Below are positions 19,250 to 20,000 of a stretch of 20,000 nucleotides of DNA, in pieces. Origin of the DNA: Chiloscyllium plagiosum (lineage: Eukaryota); contig NC_057719.1 of assembly GCF_004010195.1 (NCBI RefSeq), forward strand, positions 12,906,500-12,926,499. Direction: 5' to 3'. The notes beneath the pieces are model-generated. The model did no database searches. It was not told the DNA's origin and saw only the letters and a list, made by a program, of their open reading frames with translations. The translations under genes and the position numbers were made by a program. Numbering within the stretch: position 1 is the first letter of the stretch; every line of letters begins with the position of its first letter.

Positions 19250-19377
19250 ACCATTTCTTCACTGGAGATGGAGCATACAGATCTGAAGAGGGACATTACC
19301 AGATCACAGGAAGGTTGGATGATGTTATCAACATCAGTGGTCATAGGCTGGGCACTGCTGAAATTGAAGGTGCAGTG
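19250..19377 (+). CDS. ACSS1: ACSS1-type exon E, 128 bp, phase 1/0
   Basis: Boundaries tttttgcag|AC...GTG|gtaagt. Translates (N)[42 protein letters not shown], with the adenylate-forming TGD and GR.DD..N.SGHR motifs. Confidence 0.96.
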
Positions 19378-19685
19378 GTAAGTGAAATGAAAGAATTAAA
19401 GCTATTACTGTAGATTTTTTTTGAATCATCAGGAAGTGTGCCCTACTGAGGCCCTAATTTCAATATCTATGGGTGCTCTGATGATGATGATGATGTGCTT
19501 ATTTGATATCAGCTTACTTGACCACTTCAAGGGAATTTGAGAGTTAACCCACATTGATTGATGAGAGGCAGTAACTCTTATAGAAACTGGGTCAGGGACA
19601 TAGGTGAACCAGTTGAGTTTTTACAACATTCCACAGTTATGTTTATTGCTACCTTTTTCTTATTGCCACCTCCATTCAAAGATTA

Positions 19686-19781
19686 GCAGGTTAGGTGAAT
19701 TGGCTGTGCTAAATTGCCCATACTGTTCAGGGATGCGTAGGCTAGATGCATTAGTCAGGGGAAATGTAGACTAAGGGTAGG
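19686..19781 (+). mobile_element. HE1-like SINE internal fragment
   Basis: gcaggttaggtgaattggctgtgctaaattgcccata, matching about 10817-10850. Confidence 0.75.
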
Positions 19782-20000
19782 GGTGATGGTGACCACAATT
19801 CTGTGACTTTCACCTTGGTTATGGAGAGAGATAGGTGCGTGCAACAGGGTAGGTTTTACAATTGGGGGAAGGGTAATTACGATGCTGTAAGACAGGATCT
19901 GAGGAGCATAAGTTGGGAGCATAGGTTGTCGGGGAAGGATGTCGTGGAAATGTTGAACTTTTTCAAGGAACAGATACGATGTATCCTTGATATGTATGTA
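19782..20000 (+). mobile_element. CR1 ORF2 (end of the AP-endonuclease and linker), running off the window
   Basis: Open 73-codon frame GDGDHNSVTFTLVMERDR...FYNWGKGNYDAVRQDLRSISW...FKEQI; no stop before the window end. Confidence 0.8.

Overview
Eukaryotic (vertebrate) genomic DNA, most likely from a shark: it carries HE1-like SINEs, HER1-like CR1 LINEs and SacSINE1-like repeats, recognised from memory rather than by database search. The window lies inside a + strand acetyl-CoA synthetase gene (ACSS1-type). It holds five consecutive internal coding exons (2777-2914, 6572-6664, 12333-12445, 13220-13346, 19250-19377) with canonical GT-AG sites and matching phases. The introns are filled with nested retroelement fragments, and nearly all listed ORFs are retroelement debris or antisense noise. 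The most interesting signal is about a dozen complete or truncated minimal type-I hammerhead ribozyme motifs (CUGANGA-A-stem II-GAAA-palindromic helix III-UH). They fall into three sequence families and sit on short Penelope-like-element (PLE) derived inserts. Several inserts are fold-back palindromes, some have 13-bp target-site duplications (TSDs), and one has captured 116 bp of nearby genomic DNA. One intact core lies on the pre-mRNA strand 177 nt upstream of a splice acceptor. PLE hammerheads are a known class. Whether these particular families and behaviours are described, or whether any motif is active, cannot be judged from sequence alone.
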